64,000 bases of DNA, taken from Styela clava. Taxonomy: Eukaryota. The position numbers and the translations under genes were made by a program. The notes under the pieces are model-generated. The model worked only from the letters and a program-made list of their open reading frames with translations, was not told the origin of the DNA and ran no database searches. The stretch covers positions 21,514,001 through 21,578,000 of the forward strand of contig NC_135258.1 in NCBI RefSeq assembly GCF_964204865.1. The letters are read 5' to 3'. Below are positions 25,194 through 37,063 of this stretch, in pieces; within the stretch, counting starts at the first letter, position 1; the number at the start of each line of letters is the position of its first letter.

Positions 25194-28100
25194 CTAAGTA
25201 CGTTTCATAGAATAACCTCTATTGTACCTGTAAATGGGAGCAAGAGATGAATGTGCGGCAGGAGCCACCGGTGCAACCATGCAGCCATATTGTGCCTGGT
25301 ATTGCTGAAGTGATGCCGAGTCTTCAGTCATCTGTGGAGGAACTGGGGACGCGATTGGAGTGTTCCCAGTGCTGTTTAAAGCCATTTGATGTTGCACAGC
25401 TGAACTTGCTTTCGCACTTTCCTGAGTTGCTTTACGATCTTCATCATGCAATCTAAAATACCATAACGTCAGTCTTTCAAGTGATAAAAACTTCCCAACA
25501 ATACTACTGAGTACTGATTAAAGGAATATGATGGAGTAAACTAAAGTACAGACTGTAGAATCATAATTTGAATTTCATGTATATGAATACAGTAAAATAC
25601 TATCATAAATATGCTTGTGCCTACAGCAAAATTGAGCATTGTTTTCAGTTAATAAAATTCTTGCTTCATATGGTACCTTAATAGTATTTCAATGCATGGA
25701 ACAAGATGCGACCATGTAAAATTGCTCTGTCTCCTCATTTCCGAAGTCCATGTTGGTGATATATGAAGACAAATTCTTGCTGATGCAAGACAAGCAGCAG
25801 TGATTAGTGATGGCTTGAACACGAGAAATGCAGGATCTAAAGGTAAAATAAGATATCTGAGACCACTAACTTTAGTGTTATAGTAAACCTTACTAGCATG
25901 GAGTGACAAAAGGGCTAAAATCTAGTGTCAAATTTTATCCATTCATGTTGAATGTTTATGCAATCAATTAGAAGGGTTTGCCGTGGGTATGAGGAATAAT
26001 CAGGTATTAAATACAAAAATTGAAAATGACATTGCACCCATAAAATTAAAATAAATCTGTAATGAACGTTATGCTGGAAATGGTCAATAAATGTCTTAAT
26101 ATTCCAGTGTCAGAAATATTATTGGTATAGCAAATAAATCCATATATATACGATTGGTGTAGCAAGTTAAGACTAGTTTGTTAAATGTGTTGTGATAGAT
26201 GAAAGCCAAGGAAAGCCATTAGGTTCAGTTAAAAAAATACTGAGAATCTAAAACCTGCAAGCATGCAACATCATCTTAAAAATAGCTGCAACTATGTGGG
26301 ACAGATCTTTGATACAAAACATGTTATTTGTAGTAAGCTTGATGTAAAAGGCCATATCTCCAATCAAAAAAAAAAAGAGATAGCGTGTTGGCCTAGCGCA
26401 GGCCCGCACAACTCAAATCACCACGAGGGCCGCAAGCATAAATCTGAAGGCCCGGTGGGCCGCAAACTTTGCCAAATACATATTTCACGAGATGAACTAC
26501 AAATCAAAATAATATTGTGAAACAGTTAAATTTAATGAAACACTTTCACTACTGGGGAGCTTAAAAGTATGAAGAATCTTATTTTCTTGAGTAAAAACGA
26601 GGTACAGGATTTTTGCATATGAGATGGCAAATATGTATTTAGTGCTTCATCTACCTTGAAAACCCACCCTTCATTTTCAATATTTCTTTTTTATTAGAAT
26701 TAGGTATTGCGTGTTGCAGTATAAACTGACTGCATGAAAATGTTGTGCAGGTGGCCTAGCGGTTAAACAATTGAACAAATACTATGTCTTGGCTGTTCAA
26801 AACCCAGGATAATATAAATTGGATAGGCATACTGAACAGGACATTTGTCAGTCTTTTCAAAAACACTAGCTCCCTCTTATCTGTTCTCTTAAATAATAAG
26901 GAATTCTCTTCACACTAAAATAATCCAATTTTACTAAATAAAGCAGCAAACATATTGCTTTGCAAGCAACTCAACATGGGCCTATTTGCAAGATCAAATC
27001 CAGGTCTATATAACATATGACTGAAGCTGTTAAAATTTTACCTTGTAATGAAACTTCAAGAAAATAGTTGACATTCTTCTCCATGTAAATGTAGGCTTCT
27101 TCACGATTTACTAATGGTCGTCCAACATGTAAATCATGCGATCCCAATGCAACCTTAAAGAAAAAATTTAGAAAAATTAATAACGCAGCTGAATATTTTT
27201 AAATACGGTAACTACAATATCAAATCAAGTACCTGCATATAAAAATCTTTATAATGAGATGCAGTGGAGAATCCTATATTCCAACCAAATGCTGAAAGTA
27301 TTCTTAATTCCATATGCAAATAATCAGAAGCCTGTGATTAATGTAATGTAATTAATGTAATTAATCATTTGAAAAGTTTAATTACATAAAGTTTTGGGTA
27401 GATATGTATTTCAGAGTCTTTCCCAGTATCTCATTTTGATTTTATGATTTCTGAGTTGATCCCTCAATGTACCACTGATATCAGACTCCATATTTGGCAG
27501 CAATACAATAAATTTTATTAACGGTAATAAATTTTTTGACTCATTTTCCATCATACAGTTATTTAACTGAATCTTTGGAGGAAAAAAACACAAGCATTTA
27601 CAAATAAAATTAATCTGGAATATTAATTGAATGATTGAATTGTTAAATGATGAACTCCTTGAATTTCCCTAGCTTGCTCAAACAAGAAATATGAATGAGA
27701 TTCTATGAAATAAATCATTGTTTACAGTTGTCATTGCTGGATGGGAAGGATGGAAAGAGTCAAATTGAACTCTTTCATCAGGGCTCACTTGAATCTGCAC
27801 ATGCCATAGTTTTGATACTGTTTTATATAAAATTGTTAATTGCTGTTGTAGCCGTAATAAATTTACTTCGAGACAGCATGTTAATTCCCCCTTAAAAGGC
27901 TTATTCAGTAATTTGTAATATCATCATCCTCTGGGTTACAACTATAGACCAATGAAATTCATTCACTTTATTGGTAATCAAATTCACAATTGACGTACGT
28001 TAGCTTTAGATGTCCTAGATAAATTACTGAACCAACTTATTAAATCACCACAGTGAACACCACTTTGAAAACCAGTTTAAATTGTTGACTAATTTAATAA

Positions 28101-29715
28101 AAATAATTCTATATGTATATCCTATTATTACTGGTAAATACTGTATTATTATTGCTGTTTTGGATGCCACTTTACATTTATGTATTGGAATATTGAACCG
28201 GGAAACACTGATTCCAAATCAGATACAGTACAATATAGATACAATACCTTCAATTGCCATTGTAAGCCTTCCATCAAAAGTTTAAACTTAGGTATTTTTT
28301 CTTCTCTTTCTTCAAATTTGCCTACAATTAAAAAGAAGTGAAACTAGTTTACAGTTTCCAATTATAAATTCTGATAACTTCATCAACTAACATAATTCAT
28401 ATTCATAAAATCGTTGTGTTCATCATTGTTGGGAAAGATATGGGAGCAACTGACTAGTAAAGGTAATAGGTGTGTGCTTGTTTTTGGAACAGCAGTTACA
28501 GGAACACAAGCAAACTAGTAATAGCAAAAAGTAAATCAGTAGTACATAAAAAAAATTTATAAACTAATTTATTGCAGTCAGATAAAGAATTTGAAAAAAC
28601 CTTGATTTTCCCGTATTTGAAACAAGTTACAAGAAGGTGATGGCACATAAAAAGTAAAAGGTATCAACTGCTGCCAATTCATTAATGTATGTATGTATCT
28701 ATAACTTCCTAATATGTAAGCCTAAAACGGGTGGTTGCTAGCTGCAAACATGAGCATGACAGAATACTATGTTTTCATAATTAAGAGTGGTAGTGATATG
28801 ATATCTTGCATTCATTTGTGGTTACTATAAAAATCTACAACCCGCGTTGAAACTCGAGAGTAATACGTCAAAACTGAAAATATACTTAAAAAGAACATCA
28901 AATAGAAAAAAAAGTAAAAAAGGCATTCCAGGGTGAAGGGAGATATGAAACAACCAATGGTGGCTAAGAAGTAGTGGCACCCAGTGATTAAATCTAACAT
29001 TGATACAGGAGGATCACTGTAGTTATTGAAAAATCCAACTCACTAGCAATTAAGAGACAGCAAACAACAAGAACTTTTAAATCATCAACAGAAACTGTGT
29101 AGAGGTCAGTAAAGCGATCGTACAAGGTCACTGCCAGATGCTGCGCATTTCCATTCAGTCGAAACTTCTGACAAGTGAGAGCCAACCAATCAACCAAATA
29201 TCTTCTCAGATACATCAGTGGAGAATTACCCTGAAGTCCACATATCAAATTTTCCTAAAAGCAAAAAATATTTTTAGTTGAGAAAGTAGTCAACAAAGTC
29301 TGAAAGTGCATAATGATATCTGATATAAGCAATATTACTGTATTATGAGCAGGATCAATTTGCAAACAATAGGTTTGTGACTATATGAGAATTGAGATGG
29401 CTAATTGCCTGAAGGTTAAAATCGAACGTCCAAGTACAGTAGCACGTACAGCCTTAGGAATCTGAAGACAGACAATTGCACTACATTGTCTAGTTCAATA
29501 GTTTTTGCCTACACATCCTATACCATACATTATTTTTAATTCAGGCTACATTCAGACATTGCAATATTAGGCTAAGAGTAAACCTATTATTGCATATCAA
29601 CGATTCTCGTACTGGTATCCGTACCGTATAAAAATAATATCACCTTCAATTTCAAAGTGTCATGAATGTCTTTAGCAAGATCGCCATTCCACCATTCGCC
29701 CTTACGCCATTCCAT
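25194..29715 (-). CDS. CCNJ: Cyclin J
   Basis: Seven exons: 29715-29644, 29254-29044, 28321-28248, 27331-27233, 27153-27042, 25836-25677, 25452-25194. Characteristic sequence MEWRKGEWWNGDLAKDIHDTLKLKE...GNSPLMYLRRY...HLAVTLYDRF...CLLIASKFEE...[38 protein letters not shown]. Confidence 0.93.
26399..26468. mobile_element. Fragment resembling a hAT/Charlie-type terminus
   Basis: CAGGCCCGCACAACTC...GGGCCGCA...GGGCCGCA, a GC-rich island in an AT-rich intron; no partner end found. Confidence 0.35.
26747..26895 (+). mobile_element. Degenerate tRNA-derived SINE in a cyclin J intron
   Basis: A-box-like GTGGCCTAGCGG (26751) and B-box-like GTTCAAAACC (26795). Confidence 0.4.
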
Positions 29716-30239
29716 TTTCCCCTAGCAGGTTGTGCCAGTGCTGAAACGAATTTAGTGGAGAGTAGCACAAACAGCCCAAACACAAGACTTTGCGACTGAC
29801 TTCCCAACTAATAACAAAAATTTAATCACGTCAAATGCGTTCGAAACGCAACAAAGTAAGATCCGCGATCACCAAATTAGCAGTTCTGATTGTTCGCAGA
29901 ACGCAACAAACGCTTAAAAAGAATTGGGTAAATTTAACTTCAATTTAAATGTCAAAATTTCAATACTCGCGGACGCATAATTTAACCGCAGGGTTCAACT
30001 ACCAGCTTCAATACAAAGTGATCTTATGGGTATCATCTTTTTTCTCGTGTTTCAGCTAAATTGGTGTGAACCGAGTTTCGGTCACGCAAAATTGAAAGTG
30101 ATAACTTACGACTTTCGAGTAAACACACGTCTTTTGTGCAGCGTTGAAATTTCAACAATTTATATCTCGGCATGAGTTATCTTTTGCAACTTTTTACAAT
30201 CACGCCGAACATTAATACTTTCTCAAAAACACGGCTACA

Positions 30240-30350
30240 TTCTCTCAAAATATACTTGCTTCTTTCGCTATCTCTTTCGATACAGGGGAAGCCCCTAACC
30301 GGTGACAGATTTCCCCATTGCCGGAATTCCCCATGTCTCGAAGCATTGAT
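30240..30350. promoter_or_regulatory. Probable divergent promoter region between cyclin J and the ankyrin-RING pair, with kappaB-like motifs
   Basis: Head-to-head gene arrangement; GGGGAAGCCCC (30285-30295), AGATTTCCCC (30307-30316) and GGAATTCCCC (30323-30332). Confidence 0.4.
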
Positions 30351-30800
30351 ACCGTGCGCCCGCTCCTGTCAGTCTCCAAACTAACTGGAATGTGTGTCAA
30401 CTGTCAACCTATAGAATTATTATTCTTTCTTTATACTGACATACCAGTAACTTGCATTGCACACACCAGACTGGTGGGTACAGGATACTAAGATAGACTA
30501 TGTTTAAATTAGCCAAGCAGTCAGGAGTGTATTCATGAGCATCGATGAAAAATTAAATATCTGAATATTCAGTTGTTAGTGAATAATACATTAATCAAAA
30601 AAAACTTAGAAACTTTCTAGTAAGCTTAGAAAGTATGCTTAGAAAATTACTCTTGGCTATAAATATAGATAGAAAATATACGGAATTATAAATGCAAAAT
30701 ATCACCCATTTTTTAAATTTTATCCATAAGGAAGGTTTCATGAAATTTGGACTCTAATGTCCGAACTGAATGTGAACTCTGAACCAGCAATCGCTTAGAT

Positions 30801-31987
30801 CAGTGGTTCCCAAACTTTTTCAAAAAAATTGTCTGACGGACCCCTTGCAATTTTGTTTTTGTTTTGCGGCCCTGTGCACTAATTGACTTAAATAGAACAT
30901 TATCAAAGAAAGACAGAAAGATATCACATAAAACAAGATCACAACAAAAATAAATGCTTCACACGGTGTAGTGCAAAACATATCTTCACCTGCGTTTATC
31001 ACGATAAAATTACATACGATTATCTCAATTTTAATTTTAGAAGACATTTTGAAATTGATAATACAGAGTTGAAAACGTAAAAATATATGCCTACCGTTAC
31101 CGTGTGTCATTGACACCTAAAAACTAAAACGTAGTGCCTTTCTGACTGCGCTATATTTAACGCTATCCACCTTTCGAAACAAAAGCGTAAATCAGCATTT
31201 AGAAACGGAGTGGCATACTTTATCAACTACCTACTGTAATTCTCTCCTATAACAACAAGCATGCAAAAAGGCAGCGCCATCTACACCTCCAAGTGCAGTT
31301 TTAGGTATTTAGCGGGATTTCCAAACAATGGCCGCTATGGCTGAACGGCGCTCCAGAAGCATATGTACCAAGATGTCGCACGACCTGAACCCTAACCGGT
31401 ACACAATACCATGTTCAGGTTGTGCGCCATCTTGGTGCACATAGATTACTTCTGGAGCTCCGGTTAAACCACGGCGACTGACTTTTTAGATGCCCCAAAC
31501 CGGTACCACGACAGCAAATTAAAAAATCATGTCGGGTAAAATTTTGATGCCGTAACCAAGGCATGTCGGATGTATTGGCAGGGCTGCCTGCCCCTGTTGG
31601 TGACAAACAATGAGTAGGTTGGTACTTTTTTTGGTATATTAAACAAAAGTACGGCGCATGACTTTGTTAATATGCCGATAATACTGATTACTAAATTATA
31701 GCGCCATTAAACCATGGCATGAGACGCCGCGGTTTGTTCGTGGCAAGAGCTGTCATAGCTTTGTGACGTCACAATTGGGAAAGCCTAATCGAAACAAAAA
31801 GTGAAGAATCAGTGTCCTCAGCAGAGATTGTAAAGCATCATAAAGCGATAAATGTGTCTTTCCAAATTTAAGCAGTTAATTTTTGCATAATCAAACTGTG
31901 AGCCATTCAACAGATTTCTTTCGCGGACCCTCGGAAAGTACTTCACGGACCCCAAAAGGTCCGCGGACCCTAGTTTGGGAACCACTG
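30801..31987. mobile_element. Non-autonomous hAT (Charlie-like) element, 1.19 kb
   Basis: TIRs CAGTGGTTCCCAAACT / AGTTTGGGAACCACTG; perfect 8-bp TSD GCTTAGAT (30793-30800, 31988-31995); subterminal CGGACCC motifs. Confidence 0.92.
31347..31461. mobile_element. Palindromic MITE nested in the Charlie-like element
   Basis: Same family as 21137-21246 (CTCCAGAAG...CCAAGATG...CATCTTGG...CTTCTGGAG); degenerate TSD GGCTGAAC/GGTTAAAC. Confidence 0.8.
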
Positions 31988-32321
31988 GCTTAGATCTATA
32001 TACTGATATATGGATGTAGCCATTTCCACCAGGACATTCCACTTCTACTGGGTTACTATTTCATAGTGTCATAACAGAGTATCATGTGCTTTATGTAGCT
32101 TATTTAGTTGTTCACTAAGCCGAAATTATGTCATTTCCAGTTTTTATTGTGTATTGACTTTATATAACTTTTATAAATTAATTTCACTGTTGCGTGTGTT
32201 GGTCCATTTATTTAAATGGTTAAATTTGAAATTCTTTTTCCAACCAAATTTATCATATTTCTGTATATCTTTCTTTTCCAAAATTTACAGAATGAAGGGT
32301 TGAAATGAATAAATAGTGACA

Positions 32322-35300
32322 ATGCAAAGTGCAACAGACATTCTTAAAGCAGCTGAAGAAGGAGAGATACGTTTGGTGGAGACGCTTCTGAAAATGTATC
32401 CATCTCAGGTATTGGATTACATATGACTAGAATATACATTTTGAAACCATGGCTCGTATTAAATTAATTTCAAATCATTACTAGGTTGATATTCTTCATA
32501 TGGGACACACAGCTTTACATGCAGCTGCACGCAGTGGAAATGTTGATGTTATGAAGACATTGATTCATCATAATCCAAAACCAGATATTGATTTCCCCGA
32601 TTCGAGAGACTGCACACCATTGCATTATGCTGTGAAAGGGTAATTATTTGTTGTTTTCCAATAGTCGTGTATTTGTGTATGGGAACAGTTTTCTAATTTT
32701 TGACGTATATCAGGGTTCGCTAATACTTTGACTAGGTGAATTGATTGATATATATATTTTCAAGTTTTCAAGATCATTGTGCTAAGCATTAAACACATTC
32801 TAACCATCAGACCATCGATTACCCTGCACTGGTTTAGATCTAGTGAGGAATTATTATATCACAGAAGAATGCTGGATTCTTTGCTGTTGCTAGTCAATTG
32901 AGAGTTCCTCCAACATCAAGTCCATATATCTGAAATGAATACTTGTCTAACTATTTCCAAAACAGGCATGAACTGGTAATAAGATCATAGTTTGTCATAT
33001 AAGCGTGTCTTATCCGTTTTTCCCTCTCTTGCAATGAACGTGAAATCTGAATATTATTTTATTTTTACTTAGAAATCAACCAGATGCAGTGTTACTGTTA
33101 ATGAAAGCCGGTGCAAATTTGAAAGAAGAAGATGATTGTGGACAAACTCCACCTGATATTGCTTTCAATCAAAAGATTAAAGAATGCGTAAAAATTTTCA
33201 TAGATGAAGGAGTCACATTCAAGGTGAATATATTATTCCTTGAGAGACATAGATGTGTATTTTTATAAATGCAAATTGGTGGCAGATTTCTGTAACTTTT
33301 GTTTTTTATTTTTTATCACTAGTCAAAAGTGTCAACTTTTCAAAATAATACCTGTACACATAGCCATAAGCAAGAATGTGGTAAAAATGCTGGAAAGGAA
33401 GAAGAGGAACCTGTACAATCTAAATCAAAGGTAAACAATTCAAATTATCTCATTTAAGCTCTTGTGTGTTGTTGAGTGATGTGCTTAACTATCAATTACG
33501 TACATTCCTTTATAATAATGTATGTCTGGAACATTGTACATGCTATCTAGTATGGTAGAGATGAGGAAAAATTGGTTATTTAGCATTGCCATAGCTACCA
33601 GGCATGCTTTTGAAGGTGCTTTATTGAAATTAATAATATGCTCTACGATGTTTTTTTTTTTTTCAGGACCTCTGTATGCATTGTGGAGAGAGGGATAAGT
33701 TTGTTAAATTTGAACCATGTGGCTGCATTGTTCTATGTTTTGGTAAGTTTTGAATATTTTTTAATCAAAATTTGATGGTATCTGGGCCGGATAGCGACTG
33801 TCAAAACAGCGGCTGTCATAATGGCGACTTCATAATGGCGACGTAATCAAGTCGCTCGACTGTCAAAACAGCAACTGTTATGATAGCGACTTAACTCGTG
33901 TTCACTGAGTTGAATTCACTGAGTCGAATTTCCTTTCATAACTTCAAGAAAAGGTAGTGACATGATATGTCATGAAGGCTTTTTGTACAGGAGTGACAAA
34001 ACAAAGTTAGGGTTAGGGATAGGGTGTGGGGGATGGATTCGACTCAGTGAACACGAGTTAAGTTGCTATCATAACAGTCGCTGTTTTAATGCGGTCGCCA
34101 TTATGACAGTAGCGCACTTGATTACGTCGCTATTATGAAGTCGCCATTATGACAGTCGCTGTTTTGACAGTCGCTATTTGGAACCCGAGCCAAATTTGAT
34201 ACCAGTTCTGCTATTTGAGATATTTTTCAATGAGAAATTTCCTAGTAGATATTAGAGATGTACCGATACCACTTTTTTCGCAAATACCGATACCGATACC
34301 AGCTAAAAAAGCCATACTGATACACCGATATTCGAAAACGGCCGATATTGCCAATGTTCTGATACCGATATTCCGATACTATGTAATTATTACCTTAAGT
34401 GTACAGGGCTGACGGTTCAAAATAATAGTCTTTGAGCATTATTAACAGTGCACATTATTTCGGATCAAAAAAGAGTAATATCACACACACATATATATAT
34501 TAAGAAGTGGATGTTTGGGATCCAAATGCGTTAATTGATTCATATGCATTGAGCACTGGTGCTCATAATCTCGGTGTTCAATTAGAAAACTAATAGGATT
34601 TGGCTACTGTTGGTGGTAAAGTAAATAAATGTTTAGCCTACTTATCGTATGAAACTGATACATTAAGATACATGCGCATGATTTTGTGCCAATATAACGC
34701 CGTATTTTATATTTGACACATCGGAACATCCACTAATATTCGATTGATACATTTCTTCATAATTACCATGAAATATTGAAAATTTTAATATAAAAATTTG
34801 GCAGCAAAAATACTCAAATTGATTGAGCCAGTCTGGTTGATAAATGGCTAAAAACAGGTCGGAATCCGATTCTCGTTTCTACTAGCGGGGTTGGGGACGT
34901 GCGTGGCTCCTAGTTCACGATCATTGTCGATACCGATACCCGATAACAATACATCGGTAGATCTCTACTAAATATAGGAAGTATAAAAGTTTGAAGCACA
35001 TTTCCGTCATTTCACTAGATCATATGAATACCTGGGCGCTGGTGATTTATCAAAAATAAAGCTGAAAAGATTTACAATATATATTATTTGTTTCGCAGAA
35101 TGTTCATTCATCAATGCAGCATGCATGAACTGTGGAGAGCCTATTGAAAAATACACTTTCACAGAAACCTCCGCAGCAAACAGTTTAATAAAATATATTA
35201 AATATACAAGAAAAGAGGTAAAAACTGTTTTTATCGTACAGCTGGGGTCAGCAACCTACGGCCTGCGGGTCGGATTCGGCCCGCGGAGTAATATAATTCG

Positions 35301-36569
35301 ATCCGCGATGCTTCACTGAATTATAGTACCAAAACACCAGTTTTGACGATTATATTCTTTACGTAACAGAATTTATTGTGCGACACGTGTATACTTAATT
35401 ATATTATAACTTAACAGGTATAAAATTCACAGTTACTCATTCAAGGAGCCTATAATTTAATTATAATTAGACAGATGGCAACAAAACACAGAAAAATTGA
35501 TGCTAAATGCATAGGGTTCAATGGCGCCAAAAGTATTCAAATGGAATTTTTTGAGGAAATAAATGTATATTCTATGAGAGAGATGTAGCACTGCCTGGTT
35601 TTTTATTATAAAAAGTATCATTCGTTCGGTTTTTAACTTTCTGAAATTATGTGCGGCCCGCCAATAACTTGCAACCCTTAATTTTGGCCCCCGAGCGACA
35701 AAAGGTTGCCGACCCTGCCCTACAGAGTAGTGCAAAAAAAACCTCCCACATTTTATTTCCTATATTAAATTTTTAGTAGCCTTATGCTTAACAATGCTTT
35801 CAGTTGCCATTTTGTATAAATTATTTTCAAAAACAACGTTTTCATGGCCCCTTCCAGCTACAATACATTGCTGGGAGCATATACTAACATTTTCCATTAC
35901 CTTCTGAGTCATTTCCTGTGAATAATTGTTTTGCAAATGGCAGCTCTCAGTTCATCAATGATTGTAAGCAGGCGTTTGTATAACTCACGCACAAGATAAC
36001 CCCACAAAAAATAATCACAAGGTAAAATATTTGGTGAACTTAAGGGCCATCCCATATCACCATGCGAAAAAATTAAATACATTGAAAAGAGTTCTCAGAA
36101 GACATCTATTGTTTTTTTGCCACATGAACAGTTAAATAAATTGCATCATAAATTGAAACCAAAATGGCAATTTAGCTTTGTACATATGCAAACTTTCCAA
36201 TAGGCTTTTGTTCTAGTTCAAAATAGCAGTGTTATTGGCCAGCGCTTTTTTTGAAAATTTTTCACGTCTGTAAATATCCTTAGTAAATATGTTGTACTTT
36301 ACTTCTAACATGAACTACAGCAAATCATGATTGCAAATCATATTTTCTTGTTACAGATTCCCAGATTGAATAGTCTACATATATGTCGCATTTGTGAAGA
36401 TGCTCCTATAAATTGTGTTTTGAACTGTGGACATATGTTTTGCATTTCATGCTTGAGAAGAATTAAAACTCAAGTAACTCAAAATCCTATTCCCAGGCCA
36501 CCTTGGAATTGTCCTTACTGTGACAAGTCTTCAAGATATACGAAGTTGCATGCAGACTGGCTAAACTGA
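32322..36569 (+). CDS. Ankyrin-repeat / double-RING E3 ligase-like protein A (~302 aa; truncated Mind bomb 2-like)
   Basis: Exons 32322-32408, 32485-32639, 33073-33223, 33323-33430, 33667-33742, 35099-35217, 36357-36569, all phase-consistent. Ankyrin motifs GHTALHAAA, TPLHYAV, GQTPPDIA; RING1 CMHC...FEPCGCIVLCFEC...CMNC; RING2 CRIC...CGHMFCISC...CPYC. Confidence 0.88.
33777..34191. mobile_element. Foldback-type MITE with long modular TIRs and 9-bp TSD (Mutator- or Merlin-like)
   Basis: ~140-bp inverted arms built from GCGACTGTCA(A/T)AA modules; GG...CC ends; TSD AAATTTGAT (33768-33776, 34192-34200); GTTAGGGTTAGGGATAGGG in the spacer. Confidence 0.85.
34253..34967. mobile_element. hAT (Ac-like) MITE
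   Basis: TIRs TAGAGATGTACCGAT / ATCGGTAGATCTCTA; (ACCGAT)n subterminal repeats; TSD GTAGATAT/CTAAATAT (6/8). Confidence 0.8.
35242..35717. mobile_element. hAT (Charlie-like) MITE
   Basis: Ends CTGGGGTCAGCAACCT / AGGTTGCCGACCCTG; CGGCCCGC subterminal motifs; TSD TCGTACAG/CCCTACAG (6/8). Confidence 0.78.
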
Positions 36570-37063
36570 TCTAAATGCCAATATTTCAGAAGTTATGTTC
36601 TAATATATTATGCAACATGGTTAACCTTTAGAAACAAAGCAAATTGATGAAAGAACCAATCACTAAATACTGTTGTTTTGTATCTTTCAATTTATTTAAT
36701 TTGTTAACAATTTGTTAACAGAAAGAGGTTTTTCAGTTTACCAATTAGATTGTAAAATGAAGTGTAAATTAATATTCCTAAACCATCGATACTGACATGA
36801 GATACCAGTTTGTTATAAATATATGATTTCATTTGCAATGTCATTTCCAGGGGTTTGAATTCAAACTTTTCTGAATTGTACTCAAACTTGAAATGTACGT
36901 TGTTCTTTCTTTCAACTAATAGTGTTATAACTGTATATTTAGTATTCAACGATTTATAAAGTAGTTTTTTTATTATTAATAGTGCTTTCGTTAGTTATAC
37001 TTTAGTTATAAGTAAATCATTCCATTTACTGCCTGCCAATTCTTTTCTGGCAAAACTACTGGC

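Noticed and set aside
15871-29715. Operon of co-oriented CCNJ, DJ-1-like and FGFRL1-like genes
   Set aside because: The gaps (~0.7 kb after the apparent CCNJ poly(A) signal, and more than 1.5 kb before FGFRL1-like) leave room for separate promoters; nothing in the sequence shows polycistronic transcription.
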